This document shows positions 25,115 to 37,526 of a stretch of DNA of 64,000 bases, piece by piece. How positions within the stretch are numbered: the stretch's first letter is position 1; every line of letters starts with the position of its first letter. The stretch is taken from contig NC_091469.1 of assembly GCF_036971445.1 (NCBI RefSeq), forward strand, positions 158,038,001-158,102,000. Reading direction: 5' to 3'. A program made the translations under genes and the position numbers. Origin of the DNA: Narcine bancroftii (taxonomy: Eukaryota). The notes beneath the pieces were generated by a model, which had not been told where the DNA came from, made no database searches, and saw only the letters and a program-made list of their open reading frames with translations.

Positions 25115-25560
25115 ATTCATTCACAGGTTCCAGAACGGCAGGTTGATTGAGATTGAGATGTGAGAGAGTAGAGCAGACATCTCTGAAACACGTAGATTCC
25201 CAGAAGGCTTGAGAGGGACAATGCAGGGAGCATGCCTGGCAGGCTGATGAGTCCAGGAGCAAGGTCCTAGTTATATGTGTTGACCATGAAGCACTGAAAT
25301 AAGGAGGAATGACTGCTCTGAGGACAGTGAACCTTTGGAATTTTCCGAAGTCTGTGTGAGTTCATCCAAAACAGAAATATGAACCCACTTTACTGACCTG
25401 AACCCGGAATTACATTCCTCTCTCCAAAGAAGCCACCTGATTCACACAAGCAGTTACATTTGTTATTGTCCCACTGCTGACTGCTATTTTTGTCACAGAG
25501 TCTGCATTTACATTAAACAATCGCTGTCAATATTACTGGATGTATCGTTTGGCAACACCT

Positions 25561-25992
25561 CTGCGCTGGGTGGGTCACGTCTCCAGAATGGAGGACTATC
25601 GCCTTCCCAAGATCGTGTTCTCTGTCAAGCTCTCCACTGGCCACCAAGACAGAGGTGCACCAAAGAAGAGGTACAAGGACTGCCTAAAGAAATCTCTTGT
25701 TGCCTGCCACATTGACCACCACCAGTGGGATGATATCGCCTCCAATTGTGCATCTTGGCGCCTCACAGTTCAGCGGGCAGCAACCTCCTTTGAAGAAGAC
25801 TGCAGAGCCCACCTCACTGACAAAAGACAAAGGAGGAAAAACCCAACACCCAACCCCAACCCACCAATTTTCCCTTGCAACCGCTGCAACCGTGCCTGCC
25901 TGTCCTGCATCGGACTTGTCAGTCACCAACGAGCCTACAGCAGACACGGACACACCCCTTCATAAATCTTTGTCCACGAAGCCAAGCCAAAG
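25561..25992 (+). mobile_element. RTE-clade LINE 3' fragment
   Basis: LRWVGHVSRMEDYRLPK...GAPKKRYKDCLK...CNRCNRACLS.IGLVSHQR. Confidence 0.88.
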
Positions 25993-26017
25993 ATGGCACC
26001 AGTGATTGGTGTTGGGC

Positions 26018-26200
26018 TCCGAATCCCGCACGGTCTGTAGGGAGGTTGTATGCTCTCCCCCGTGTCTGCGTGGGTTTTCCCTGGGGGCTCCGGTTTCCTC
26101 CCGCCATTTGGAACGTACTGGGGATATAGGTTAATTGGGCGGCACGGACTCGTGGACTGAAATGGCCTGAACCATGCTGCATGTCCAAATTTAAATGTAA
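26018..26200 (+). mobile_element. V-SINE-like SINE (5'-truncated)
   Basis: CGAATCCCGC...CTCCCCCGTGTCTGCGTGGGTTTTCC..CTCCGGTTTCCTCCC and a CR1-like tail. Confidence 0.65.
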
Positions 26201-26486
26201 ATGAACCATTCAGTACCTGACCCAATGGTAGTGATATGGGACAGAATTACCCTTGCTTGTAAATGATCACAGAATTGACTCCATGCTGTCAAGGTTTTAT
26301 TTCCTAACCCTGGCTTCATTGTGTTGCTTGTAAACTCCCCTCACTTATTCCTTTACGCACGCTTTACCCTCCTCAGATCCTTCGGATAGTTCCAATGCCT
26401 CCACACCTACAGATTTTGTTCAGTTTGCATTATTGATCTCTTCCCTTCGCCCGAGGCTCATTTGGACCTCTCTCATTTTCTCTCAG

Positions 26487-26586
26487 CTGCAGAGCTTTTC
26501 GTCATCATGATCTTGTGTCTTCCACTTGGATTGAAAATTCTTGCTCTTCTAACAATGTGCATCGTTCTGTACACTAGCAAACTCGG
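26487..26586 (+). CDS. Transmembrane exon with a central Lys (DAP12-type) of the Ig receptor
   Basis: Acceptor ttttctctcag|, donor CTCGG|gtatgt. In phase 1 from exon 2 it reads AAELFVIMILCLPLGLKILALLTMCIVLYTSKLG; the Lys codon is 26534-26536. LGLK parallels the Siglec-15 TM motif LGFK. Confidence 0.8.
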
Positions 26587-27134
26587 GTATGTACGATTGC
26601 TGAAGACACTTGTCTTTTAGCGCTTGAAACTCAACCTGTGTATCGAGTGATCGAGTCATTGCATCCCACAGCGTGGAACAGAGTCACAGTCCCAGCTCAT
26701 CTGCACCAAGCAACATGACCTCCTTCTTTCTTCCCAGTTATTCCCATTAGGGTCATACCCCTCCACTGCTTTAATCCTTGGAAGGGTTTCTTTAATGAAG
26801 CTAACGCACCTGCCTTCACCACATTAGCAGCTCGTACCATATGCCCAACACCTTTTGAGTGATGATGTAGAGTCACGGAACAGACTTGATGGGCCTAGCG
26901 GCCTGTTCCTGTTCCTTTATCTTGTGATCTAACGTCCCTTCTAAATCCCACCTCCTCACCTTATATTTATACAAGATTCTCCTACTCAAGCAGGCTGATA
27001 TTATCCGTACCCCTCATGATTTTATAGATCTCAATAAAATCCCCTCTCAACCTCCTCTCCTCGATGGCAAACAGGCCTAGTTTTTCCAGTCTCTCATGCT
27101 AGCCCTAATTCTATTATAAAATTGGTAAGCATCT

Positions 27135-27467
27135 TGTGGTGATATGTTTACGCCAATGTATATTAGGTGGGGGGATCTAGTGGAGTTGTTTGAGTGAACC
27201 GGCGTGGACTTGAAGGGACGAGATGGCCTGTTTCCATGCCATAAACTGATATCTGGTTAGTTTTCATTGCCTGTTGTATATAGAGTTGGCCTGCCCACAG
27301 ATGACTGATATCCTATGACTGATATCCTGTGGTCCTGGGTCATAAAGATCGAGCCACCTCTCCCCTGTTGCCATTCCCATTCCTGGATCTGGGCCGGCAA
27401 AGTTCTTCTGCGTATTAAAGCCTATCGTTTCTGCAACCTAGTTTTTGTGGTTACTGGTGGTGCCTTA
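27135..27467 (+). mobile_element. Gypsy solo LTR carrying a short CR1-tail insert
   Basis: TGTGGTGATATG start as at 47775 and 62011; CATAAAG.TCGAG.C.CCTCTCC core shared with the LTR at 62011; ATTAAA. Confidence 0.6.
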
Positions 27468-27599
27468 TAGTCTTCTATTTCCTTTCCAAATTTTAACTGT
27501 CTCTCCTAAACTGCGCACAGTATTCTCAGGGTGGCCTCACCTTCGACACAGGTGCCCTGGACGATGCAGGCAAGCGTCCCAAGATTTCTCCTCAGAACC

Positions 27600-28420
27600 C
27601 AGTCCCTCTGAGCTGCCATCTTTAAAGAGCTATGTACTTGCATCACTGCGTCCCTCCGCTTCATCACACTCTTGAAGCCCCTCTCATTAACAGAAAAAAA
27701 TACTCTGGATCGGTTCGATTTACCCAAATGCAGCACCTCGTGTTTCTCTGAGTTGAATTGCATGTACAATTCCTGAACGCAGTTCCTCATCTGGTTTATC
27801 CCATTGTAAACCCAGATGACCTCTTCACTGTCCAATGTAGAGCAGTTCTCCCTGACATCGGCAAACTTGGACAGACATCCTTGTCCAAGTTAATTATCTA
27901 TATTAAACAAGAGCAAGGGTTATAATACTGAACCCTGAACCACCCCAATGGTCAGGGACCTCCCGTCTGAAAAACCTTCCTCTACATCAACTCTCTGACT
28001 CCTATCACTGAACTCATTGTGTTATCCAGTTGGCTTGTTGGCCTCCTACCTTGTGCATCCGAAGGTCCCAGAGCAACCAACATTGTGGGACCTTAACGAA
28101 CATTCCATTTATATAACATCAATGTCTTGAAATGCTTTGTCACCTTTTCAGATTTTTTAAATCAAAAATTACACTATTTACCTCCACAATTCCTTACTGG
28201 CTCTCCCAAATCTCACCGTCCTTTCAAATGTTTGTGGATTCGATCTCTCACAATCATCTCCCGTGTTTCCAGACCACTGAAGTCAGACCAACAGATTTGG
28301 TGTTAACCAAATTATCATTGCAGCCCATTTTTAAATAGGACACCATATTTGTATTCTCCAGTCCCTTGGAACTTCTATCCTCAGTGATGAGTTAAAAAAA
28401 TCTATCAGGGCCCCAACAAT
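27600..28420 (-). mobile_element. Very degraded CR1 RT fragment
   Basis: MQFNSEKHEVLHLGKSN in ORF 27506-27835; KFADV and GVVQGSVL remnants. Confidence 0.55.
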
Positions 28421-30215
28421 TGTCTTCCAAATTTCTGCTATTGCAAGAGCTAAGCTGTCGAAGGCCATCAGGGAAGCAAAGCGTGCTCATGCTAGCATAT
28501 AAATAGTCACTTCCTGGACCGCAAGGAGATGGGACTGGTGGAAGGGCATCACCAAACACAAGATCACACCATCTGCCTGTGCTAGCAATGCCTCCCTCAC
28601 AGATGGACTGAACGACTTCTATGTGCATTTTGAGGCAAAAGCGACATTGCACAAAGAAGATGATCTTTCCCCCAAACAATCAGGTGCTGGGTCTGACAGG
28701 AGGAATAAGCTAAGCAAAGTTAACCCGTGGAAAGCTGCTGGGCGCAGATAACATCCCTGGCAGAGTGCTCAGGGGATGTGTGGCTCAGCTAACAGATATT
28801 CTCACTGGCATCTTTAACATCTCCCTGAGAAACGCCTTACCTCAAAGCTGCCACTATCGTCCCTGTGCTGAAGAAATTGTCTGTGTCCTGCCTCAGTGAT
28901 TACCGCCCTGTCGCACTCACGTCGATTGTCATGAAGAGCTTTGAGAAGCTCGTCATGGGGCACATCAAGCTCCTGCTGCCCCTGGCACTAGACCCCTTGC
29001 AGTTTGCATACGGATCCAACCGCTCCACGGATGATGCCATCACCACTGGCCTCTATCTAGCCCTCACCCACCTGAAAAATAATGATTCGTATGTTCGGAT
29101 GCTGTTTATTGACTACAGTTTAGCATTCAACATGATCATACCCCAGTCCCTGATAAGGAAGTTGGGTCTGCTGGGTCTAATCACCTCCCTCTGCAATTGG
29201 ATTCTTGACTTTTTGTTGGGGAGATCTCAGGCAGTCCGGATCGGAAGGAGCATCTCCAAGACCATCACACTGAGCATGAGGGAGCCCCCCCCCCCCCAGG
29301 GATGCGTCCTTAGCCCACTTCTGTTCACTCTGCTGACCCGTGACTGTGCAGCCAAACACAGCTCCAACCACATCATTAAGTTCGCTGACGATACGACCGT
29401 GGTGGGCCTGAGGAGTCAGCCTACAGAGATGAGGTGCAGTCGCTCACTGACTGGTGCAGAGTCAACAACCTGCATCTGAACATTAATAAAACAAAAGAGA
29501 CGGTTGTTGACTTCAGGAGACCCCGGGGGGTCCACACTCTGTTGACCATTGACGGCTCAACCATTGAGGCCATCAAGGGAATAAGGTCCCTTGGAGTACA
29601 CTTGGCGGAGAATCTCACCTGGTCCCTTAACACCAGCTCCACAGCCCAGAAATCCCAGCAGCGCCTCTACTTCCTGCGAAGGCTGAGGAAAGTCCATCTC
29701 CCACCCTCACTATGTTCTACAGAGGATGTATCGAGAACATCCTGTGCAACTGCATCACTGCCTGGTTTGGAAGCTGTACCACCTTAGTCCGCGAGACCCT
29801 GCAGAGGACAGTGAAGTCAGTGCAAAAGATCATGGGGGGGGGGGCTCTCTTCCTACCATGAAGGACACCTACAACACTCGATGCAGGCAAAAGGCAATAA
29901 ACATTGTGAAGGATTCCACACGCCCCTCAATTAAACTGTTCTCCCTTCTGCCATCTGGTAGGAGGTACCGTGGCACTCGGGCCCTTACATCCAGACTGGG
30001 CAATAGCTTTTACCCCCAAACCATCAGACTCCTGAATTCCCAGGACATATGTGTATAGAGTCCCCTGGTACTGGGGACTCTTATGATATACGTCTTAATA
30101 TTTAATGTTTTATGTGTTTAACTTCTATCTTATATTTATGCAAATATGCTCCATGGTCCTCTTCTTTACCATGTTAGCATGGTATGAAGGATAAATAAAG
30201 GGGACTCGACCTGAC
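28420..30215 (+). mobile_element. Rex1/Babar-clade LINE, 5'-truncated and disrupted
   Basis: [91 protein letters not shown]; AATAAA tail. Confidence 0.92.
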
Positions 30216-30843
30216 TCCCCTGGCTCCTGCTGACCCATTGGGGGTCCGATGGTAACACCCATCAAACGCTCCCTTCTCTTTCATCGCGTAGCAGCCAGCA
30301 TGTCAGCGTCTTAAACTTTCAAACGAGATTGAACTGGACTCCATCGGTATGGTATTTATTTATAATCAGGTTTAACGTACATATTCCAATCTCAGCCTCC
30401 TCCTGGTCTGCCATAGATGGCACTTCCTTAGCACCGTGGGTTGGTAAACCAAGCTCCCTCTGTACACCCGGGAAGCCAGCATCCTTTGCACAGGTCCCAC
30501 TCTCGACGCCAAACAAAATGCATCTCAACTTCTAGCATAAGGATTAACCTAACATTACTCATTCCATTTTACCACCTGATCGACATCATCCTGTGGCAAG
30601 TCGCCACTCCTCAGTGTCAACATCCCCACCAATCTTCACTCCATCGCCGAAGTTTCTAATTTTATGTGGCTATGGGTCCACGCTTATTGTCAGACAAGAT
30701 CATCTGCCCTCTGGAGAGTTCTACTGCATACTCCAATCGAATCCCTTCCAAAATTATCCATTGGGTATTAGTTGGGTGGCCAGAAGTGGGTTTGTTGCCC
30801 AATTTCCTATGTTCACTTTTGGTTGATCTTGTTTTGCCCACAG

Positions 30844-30877
30844 AAATGAGCGAGATGGATCCATCGCAAGAGATTGA
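30844..30877 (+). CDS. Candidate terminal (cytoplasmic) exon of the Ig receptor
   Basis: Strong acceptor ttgatcttgttttgcccacag| in non-repeat sequence; joining to the phase-2 TM donor gives GNERDGSIARD*. No homology support. Confidence 0.35.
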
Positions 30878-31407
30878 GAGACCTGTTTGCAGTGCTCCTC
30901 AACCTGCCCAGCTGCTCTGAAACCGCCCATTCATCTCTGCTGTATGATTCGACTGCCAATTTTGCGGGCCATATTATGTCAATCATTTTGATTTCACACT
31001 TTTAATTGACTTTTCAAGATGTTCCCAAGTAATTCACAGAACTTTCAAGCAAACCTAGCTTCTTGAAAGCTCGGGGGGAGCGGTCGCCAATGAATTTAAG
31101 AGGGAGTGAGGGATCCTGGGCTCAGTGAGTTTACATGGAGGGTGGGAACAGTGGCTTCAGTACATCAACATGCATGGAGACAGTGTTCCTGCTGAGTCAA
31201 TGCAGGGCTGTAACTGGAGTGGATATACTCCCGCCTGCTGTGAAGGAGAAAAAATCCAGTTACACAGTGTCAGAGCTTGGAGTTTGCAGATCAGTTTTGA
31301 GGGGATGATGGATGTGGCAGGCTACATCAAAGGAAAATTCAGGCACAATACTGTTTGGGACAACACAGCTTTATTCCACTCTCATAAAGATCTAGTTGGC
31401 TGCTAGC

Positions 31408-31413
31408 GAGAGA

Positions 31414-31467
<54 letters not shown>
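31408..31467. repeat. (GA)n microsatellite
   Basis: About 30 GA units with one interruption. Confidence 0.98.
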
Positions 31468-31472
<5 letters not shown>

Positions 31473-31844
31473 CACACCACCAGGTACTCTGTTCGGCCCG
31501 GATTCTTTCATTTCCTCTCCCAAAGACAGCCTGCCTGTCATCCTCTGATTCTTGTGGTCAAATTGGGTGTAGAAGGCTTTGAGTTCATCTGAGAGTGAAG
31601 CTTTGCTGTCAGTGGCACAGGCAGGTTTTGACATTGGGGGAACGAGAGCACGTAAAAAAGGCTCCACGATCGCAGCTGTGCGCATGCGCACATGTTTCAT
31701 TCAGCGCACATAGGAAATTAATGTGCACACATCCACGCTACATACCAAATAATTTTAAATTGATTATACATATTTATCTTGTATTTATCAAAACAACTCC
31801 AACAACCTCTTTCGTCTACGCTTCATTCTAGCAAAGCTAGAATC

Positions 31845-32160
31845 TTTCCCTCTCCACTCTAATCTCTCCCCCTCCCCACTCTCTCCCACCTAAAGTCCCA
31901 CTCTCCTCCCTCCCCAATCCACTCACCCCCTCCTCCATCCCTTCCTTCTCTCCCTCCAGCCTCTTTGATCTCTCTTCCCTTCTTTTCATATCCCCCTCCA
32001 TTTCTCCCCCCACTCTTTGCTGCCCAACTCATCCGCCTTCCTCCCCTTCCCCTCTTAACTACATCCCCTGTCTGTCCCTTCCCTCCACCCCCTCACCGAT
32101 CCTGCTCACCTTTCCCACCCCTCTTCTCCCCTATCCCCTCCCTCTGCCCATTCACAGCCT
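31845..32160. repeat. Pyrimidine-rich low-complexity tract
   Basis: About 300 bp of mostly C/T with many CCC runs. Confidence 0.8.
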
Positions 32161-33306
32161 GCTGTACCTAATGGGCACCGTCGGCAGGTGACTGAGGAAG
32201 GCCACAGGAGAGTTGCCAGAGTAAAAATGTTGCTCTAGCAGATAATGTGAAGGTAAACCCAAAGAGTTTCTGTAAGTACATTAAGGTTATAAAATAAAAG
32301 AACAGAAGTAGGCCATTCAGCCCATCAAGTCTACTCAGCCATTCCACCATGAGTTAAACCATTCTCACATCTAGTTCCAAATTCTGACCTTTTCCCCATA
32401 TCGTCTGATACCCTGACTAAGTAGATACCTATAAATCTCCTTCTTAAACCACCCCCAATGATCGGGCCTCCACAGCTGTATGTGGCAATGAATTCCACAA
32501 ATCCATGATCCTTTTTCTAAAGAAATTTAATCTTTAATGCTAATATTAATCTTTAAAGTTAAAATCTTTAGTTATAAATTATATATATTTTAGTGAGGGA
32601 ATTGTGGGGTGGATTTAGGTCACAGCTGCACTCAGAGCGATAAACCATTTTTGGAGATGAAACATCTTAATTCTGCAGCTGAAGCAGGAAAATGAAAAGC
32701 TTTATATGGTTCTTGAGATACTGAGAACAATGGAGTGTTTGCTTCATTAACAACTGAAGTACATAAGAATATAAAAAGTAGGAGCAGGAGTCTGCCACCC
32801 GGCCCGTCGAGCCTGCTCCCCATTCAATAAGATCATGGCTGATCAGATCATTGACTCAACTCCATCGACCTGCCTTTTCCCCATAATCCCTTAATTCCTT
32901 TTTTATGTAAAAATCTATCTAGCTGAATCTTAAATACGTTTAATGAAGTCGCCTCAACTGTTTCCCTGGGCAGAGAATTCCACAGATTCACTTCTCTCTG
33001 GGAAAAACAGTTTTTCCTCATCTCCGTCTTAAATCTACTCCCCTAAATCTTGAGGCTGTGTCCCCTAGTTCTGGTCTCACCTACCAGTGAAAACAATTTT
33101 CCTGCTTCCAAACTTGTCCCTTTGATAATTTTATATCTTTCTATAAGATCTTCTCTCATTCTTCTGAATTCAAGTGACTATAATCCAGGGTGATTGAGTC
33201 CCTCCTCGTAGGTCAACCCGCTCAGCTCCGGGATCCACCTGGTGAACCTCCTCTGGACTGCTTCCAAGGCCAGTATATCCTTCCTCAGGTCTGGAGACCA
33301 GAACTG

Positions 33307-34281
33307 GTGTGACCTTTCCATTAAATCCTGGATTACTGTTGTTAGGAAATTTTCCAAGTATTACTCCTAAATTACTTTTGTCAGATTCTCAATTAAAATT
33401 TGTTAAATTAGCCTTAGTAATTGCAAGGAAATGTATTGCTATAACATGGAAATCTGATGTTTCATTAACGTTAGAAAAATGTCTTGCAGAGGTTCAAAAT
33501 TATATTGCTTTGGAAAAAATATTACTTATAATTTAAGGAGTAAATATTCCTTATTTCTACAAATTTTGGGCTAGTATGCTAGAATTATGGGATTAAAATT
33601 ATTTTTTACTTATTTTGAATCCTCCTGACCAGTGAAGTTTTCCCAGAATGAATAATAACTTTAAGATATTTTTAGAATCTTTGAGTGTAATCTGATGCAA
33701 TTTGAATTAATATGCAGCTGTAGTGGTACGCTGGGTGGGGGGAGTGGGCGGAACCAGCACTAACAGCTCCAAACTCGTGACACAACAGGCTCCTATCTAC
33801 CGGCAACTAGCCACTACAGCCATGAGGCATAGTGACTCAGCAGCACCCGTAGGTCTACGGAGAATCCCTGGCCTACTCAACGTGAATGTTCTGAGGTGGT
33901 ACGTACTCCAGATGTCACGACTCCAGGTCACCTGTTGTTTGTCTATATCATGCCTGACAGCACATCAATAAATGGTTTTGCTCTTCTCTGGCTGAATCCT
34001 GAGGTGTGGTCTCATCATTCATCCTATTTCAACATGAAATATGCCCATAACTTAAATCTGCCACATTGCTATGTTATTATGTATTTTATAATGGATTAGA
34101 TTAGTTATGGGATTAGATTAGGTTAAGGGGGAGGGGTTTAGGTTGTTTTTAGTTTTTAGTTTAGTTCTTTTTTTCATTTCCTTTTATATATTCTCAGTAT
34201 ATATCTGTTAACACTATAATATTGTGATTTATTATTGTTTGTTATTATATTTGTTGATTTCAATAAAATATTCAAAATAAA
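33307..34281 (+). mobile_element. 5'-truncated L1-clade LINE (different subfamily)
   Basis: 18-bp TSD GTCTGGAGACCAGAACTG (33289-33306 / 34282-34299); ORF2 C-terminus LALVIARKCIAITWKS..LEKI; AATAAA tail. Confidence 0.88.
33720..34033 (+). mobile_element. Probable small solo LTR inside the L1 3' UTR
   Basis: TGTAG...CAACA ends, GC-richer than the flanks, TATA-like motif and AATAAA (~33967); no TSD seen. Confidence 0.45.
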
Positions 34282-35509
34282 GTCTGGAGACCAGAACTGC
34301 ACCCAGTTCTCCAGGTGCAGCCTCACCAGTACCTTGTACAGTTGCAGCATGAACCTCCCTGCTCTTAAATCCAATTCCTCTAGCAATGAAGGCCAACATT
34401 CCATTTGCCTTCTTAATAACCTGCTCTACCTGCAACCCAACATTTTGCAATTCATGCACAAGCCCTCCCAAGTCGCTCTGCATCGCAGCAGGCTGCAGTT
34501 TCTCACCAGTTAAATAATAATCTGCTCTTCTATTTTTCCTACCAAAGTGGATGACCTCACATTTACTAACATTGTACTTCATCTGCCAGACCTTTGCCCA
34601 CTCACCTAACTTAACTATATCCTTCTGCATCCTCTGTACAATTTGCTTTTCCACTCAATTTAGTATCATCCACAGACTTGGCTTCGCTACACTCTGTCCC
34701 CTCTTCCAAATCATCAATATAAATGGTGAACAGCTGTGGGCCCAGCACTGACCCCTGTCCTGCCAATCAGAAAAACACCCATTGATCCCGACTCTCTGCC
34801 TTCTGTTCAGTTAACCAATCCTCAATCCATGCCAGTATACGTCTCCCGACTCCATTCATCTGTATCTTTTTGATAAGTCTCTTGTGCGGCACCTTATCAA
34901 ACGCCTTCTGGAAAACCAAAGTATTTAAGGACTCAAGAGGAACTGTTGGTTGTTCAAGGAGGCCATCTGTTTAAATACAAGACCCTTTGCTTTCATACTT
35001 ATGTTGTTAGAATGGAGATTCAGATGGCATCTGCTTAAACAAAAACAGATTTTTGCTTGAGTCAGGAGACAGATTGGAGACTCATAAACGTTTGAAGTGG
35101 CTTTAAATGGCTAGAGATGTATTTAGCATTTAAATGTGAAAGGATCACCTAAGGGCCATCTGGCATGATTCATGCTTTTGGAGAATTGAAACAGTATCAG
35201 TGATGATGTCACGTGTCATGTGATTGAACACTTCAGAGAGAATAATTTTGCTGGAAGCAGACATTTTGAAACCAGTAGGAAGTTGATCTCCTGTGAGTAA
35301 GACAGTAACCAGAGAAAGGACTGTTGGGAGTTACTCCTGGAAAAAGGGGAAATCAGAATGTGGGTTTTGAAAGAAAACCACTTTTGACTGTCTCCTTAAG
35401 AAAAGAAGACAGTTCAAGCACGTCCTTTCCAATTTGGGCACTTTGTTTAGCCCTTGTCTGGGTTTGTGAAATCATTGTGGAAGAAAGTAGCCAACTTCAC
35501 TCTCACTTG

Positions 35510-36254
35510 TGTGAGAAACCGAAGTCTTTGGCTTGGCTTCACGGACGAAGATTTATGGAGGGGGTAAATGTCCACGTCAGCTGCAGGATTTGCTCGAGAC
35601 AAAAATTGAGAACAAAGAACATTTATTATACAACAATGCAAAGTTGGGTGCTTCCCCTTACCCTGGGAATACACACACATACACTGGGGCTCACCCAACT
35701 TTTATACAGTTGATTTCAGTATAGAAGTACCCTCCCCCTTACATTCTTCTGCCTCCTGGATGAATTTGGCATTAGGCAATCCTGTCTGCCTACGTGCTGT
35801 TTCTGTGAACTTGGAGGACCAGGGGGTATCCTGTCGGTGTCCCATCATGTCATTGTCCTTGTTCACACCTTCCTGATTCTCGGGGCTACAGTCTCTTGAT
35901 ATGCAGAGTTGGCTCATCCTGTCTAGGGTTGGCTAATTTAATATGTATAAATTTGTGAAAGGTTAGCTAATTAGATATGTAGGACTTGGTACTTCTGTCC
36001 AGGGCTAGGAGACCCTTATCTGATCCAGACTACCTCAACTTCCTACATTCTATTGTTCCTTACCACTCCTTATCTTAGTCTTATGGTCTTGTCACAAAGA
36101 CTAGAAGATTCTTATGTTAATCGTGCTGACTCTGCTTTCCTGCATCCTAATTCCCAAGCTCATCCTGTTTGTACTGGTTACAGCCATTAACTGATGTATG
36201 AATTTTAGTTTCCTTCATGTTCATAATTTTAGATCAGTTTTCCCATCTCTCACA
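35510..36254 (-). mobile_element. HERV-I-like LTR, long-U3 variant
   Basis: R/U5 near-identical to 2523-3055 in reverse; U3 longer and diverged; TGTGAGA/TCTCACA termini. Confidence 0.88.
35526..35587 (-). mobile_element. ~60-bp RTE 3' end inserted into U5 of the LTR
   Basis: CTTTGGCTTGGCTTCACGGACGAAGATTTATGGAGG..CCACGTCAGCTGCAGG matches the reverse complement of 59757-59819. Confidence 0.85.
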
Positions 36255-36380
36255 CATAGAACGAATTAAACAAGCTGCTGATCCACGGACTAAAGACATT
36301 GATAATCTACCCTCCACCTGGCGTGCAGTCCTTCATCCTTCTGATCTGAAAGTTACACTACGCCGGGAAAAAGTGCTGTA

Positions 36381-37421
36381 ATGTTGTTTTTACCATTTGC
36401 TGTTTTGTTTACTTGTTGGTTCCCAATTTTTGGGAAATCACCAAATTGCTCACAATGTATTAAGTCCTCCTGGAATAGGGGCAGCAGAGGTGACAATTAT
36501 TTACCTTTAGAATGCAGACAGGGCGCAGGTATAGAGTATAGTCATAGTGGGGTATGGGTTAATATAGGATCCGCACATGGACCAGGGGAACAGAACGGCT
36601 CTAGGGGAGTAGACTTGGTTTGTATTCCGACCTCTACAGATATTAAAAAGAGGAGTTTTAAAGGGATAGCACAAAGAAGATGGTGGGACAAAGACAGACA
36701 GAATGTTAGTCAGGGTTGTACATGTAGCAGAGATCGAGTGAATATATATGCTAATGTTCACAGACAGGCTGCAACTCACAGGTTCAGTGATACTTATGCT
36801 AATGTTCGCAAACAAGCTGCAACTCACAGGTTCAGTGACAAGAAACAACTTGGTCTCCTGTAAAGCATCCTTTGGGTCACACAGACATTCGGAATGTTAA
36901 GAACCACCACTGTAAGGGGAGTTCCAGTTGTAAACGACGTAAGCTGCTCCAGAACTCCACAGCTGCTTGGCATTTAAATCGTTTAATCAGACTCCAGCCT
37001 TGGAGATCATCACCGAACAGACAGTGATGGCCCTGAATTTATGGGCTGAAGAAAGACGACAGATACGAGCCACAGTTCAACAAAACCGCCTGGCTCTCGA
37101 TTACTCGTTGGCTGCTGAAGGCAGCGTTTGTGAAAGACTGGTTAATGACAATGCTCACAACGGTCAGGCGGTTAAAGACACTTCTTCAGGAGTTCGAAAA
37201 TCTTCCCATGCCCAGGTTCAGACTTGGCAACCTTGGTGGGATGGACTAGACTTTTTATTGGTAACTGGAGTCTGATACCCACAGCCCTTATAGCAGCTGG
37301 ACTCGCTATTCTGGCCATTATGGTGCTCCCCTGCCTAAAGACTTGTGTGCAGTATTTAATTCAACGGACCCCTCGTCAGATCACGAGAACCCAAAGGATG
37401 AGTTTCCCTAATTCTGTCTGA
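36381..37421 (+). pseudogene. env: Retroviral env remnant, HERV-I/ERV3-like gamma-type TM
   Basis: Signal-peptide-like N-terminus, CSQC, IKKR; LEIITEQT..ALNL.A.ERRQIR..VQQNRLALDYSLAAEGSVC (immunosuppressive domain, ISD), HAQVQTW, anchor LIAAGLAILAIMVLPCL; followed by a PPT (37510-37526) and LTR. Deleted and frameshifted. Confidence 0.88.
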
Positions 37422-37526
37422 TGATGCTGAGACTGCAGTTCGTTTACTGACCCGCTGGGAAAAAGACCAAGTTTACAAGTAATACATTGAGAAGTCACGA
37501 AGCGTAGCTAAAAGAAAAGTGAGGAT

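Larger units (their letters stand above)
32290..34920 (-). mobile_element. CR1 fragments; the main one (32760-34920) is split by a truncated L1
   Basis: WQMKYNVSKCEVIHFG...KKANGMLAFIARGI (34232-34654); CR1 3' tails at ~32300 and ~32765. Confidence 0.8.

Noticed and set aside
17906-26586. Calling the gene SIGLEC15
   Set aside because: The second domain is V-type rather than C2 and the essential Arg is missing, so orthology cannot be shown by eye.
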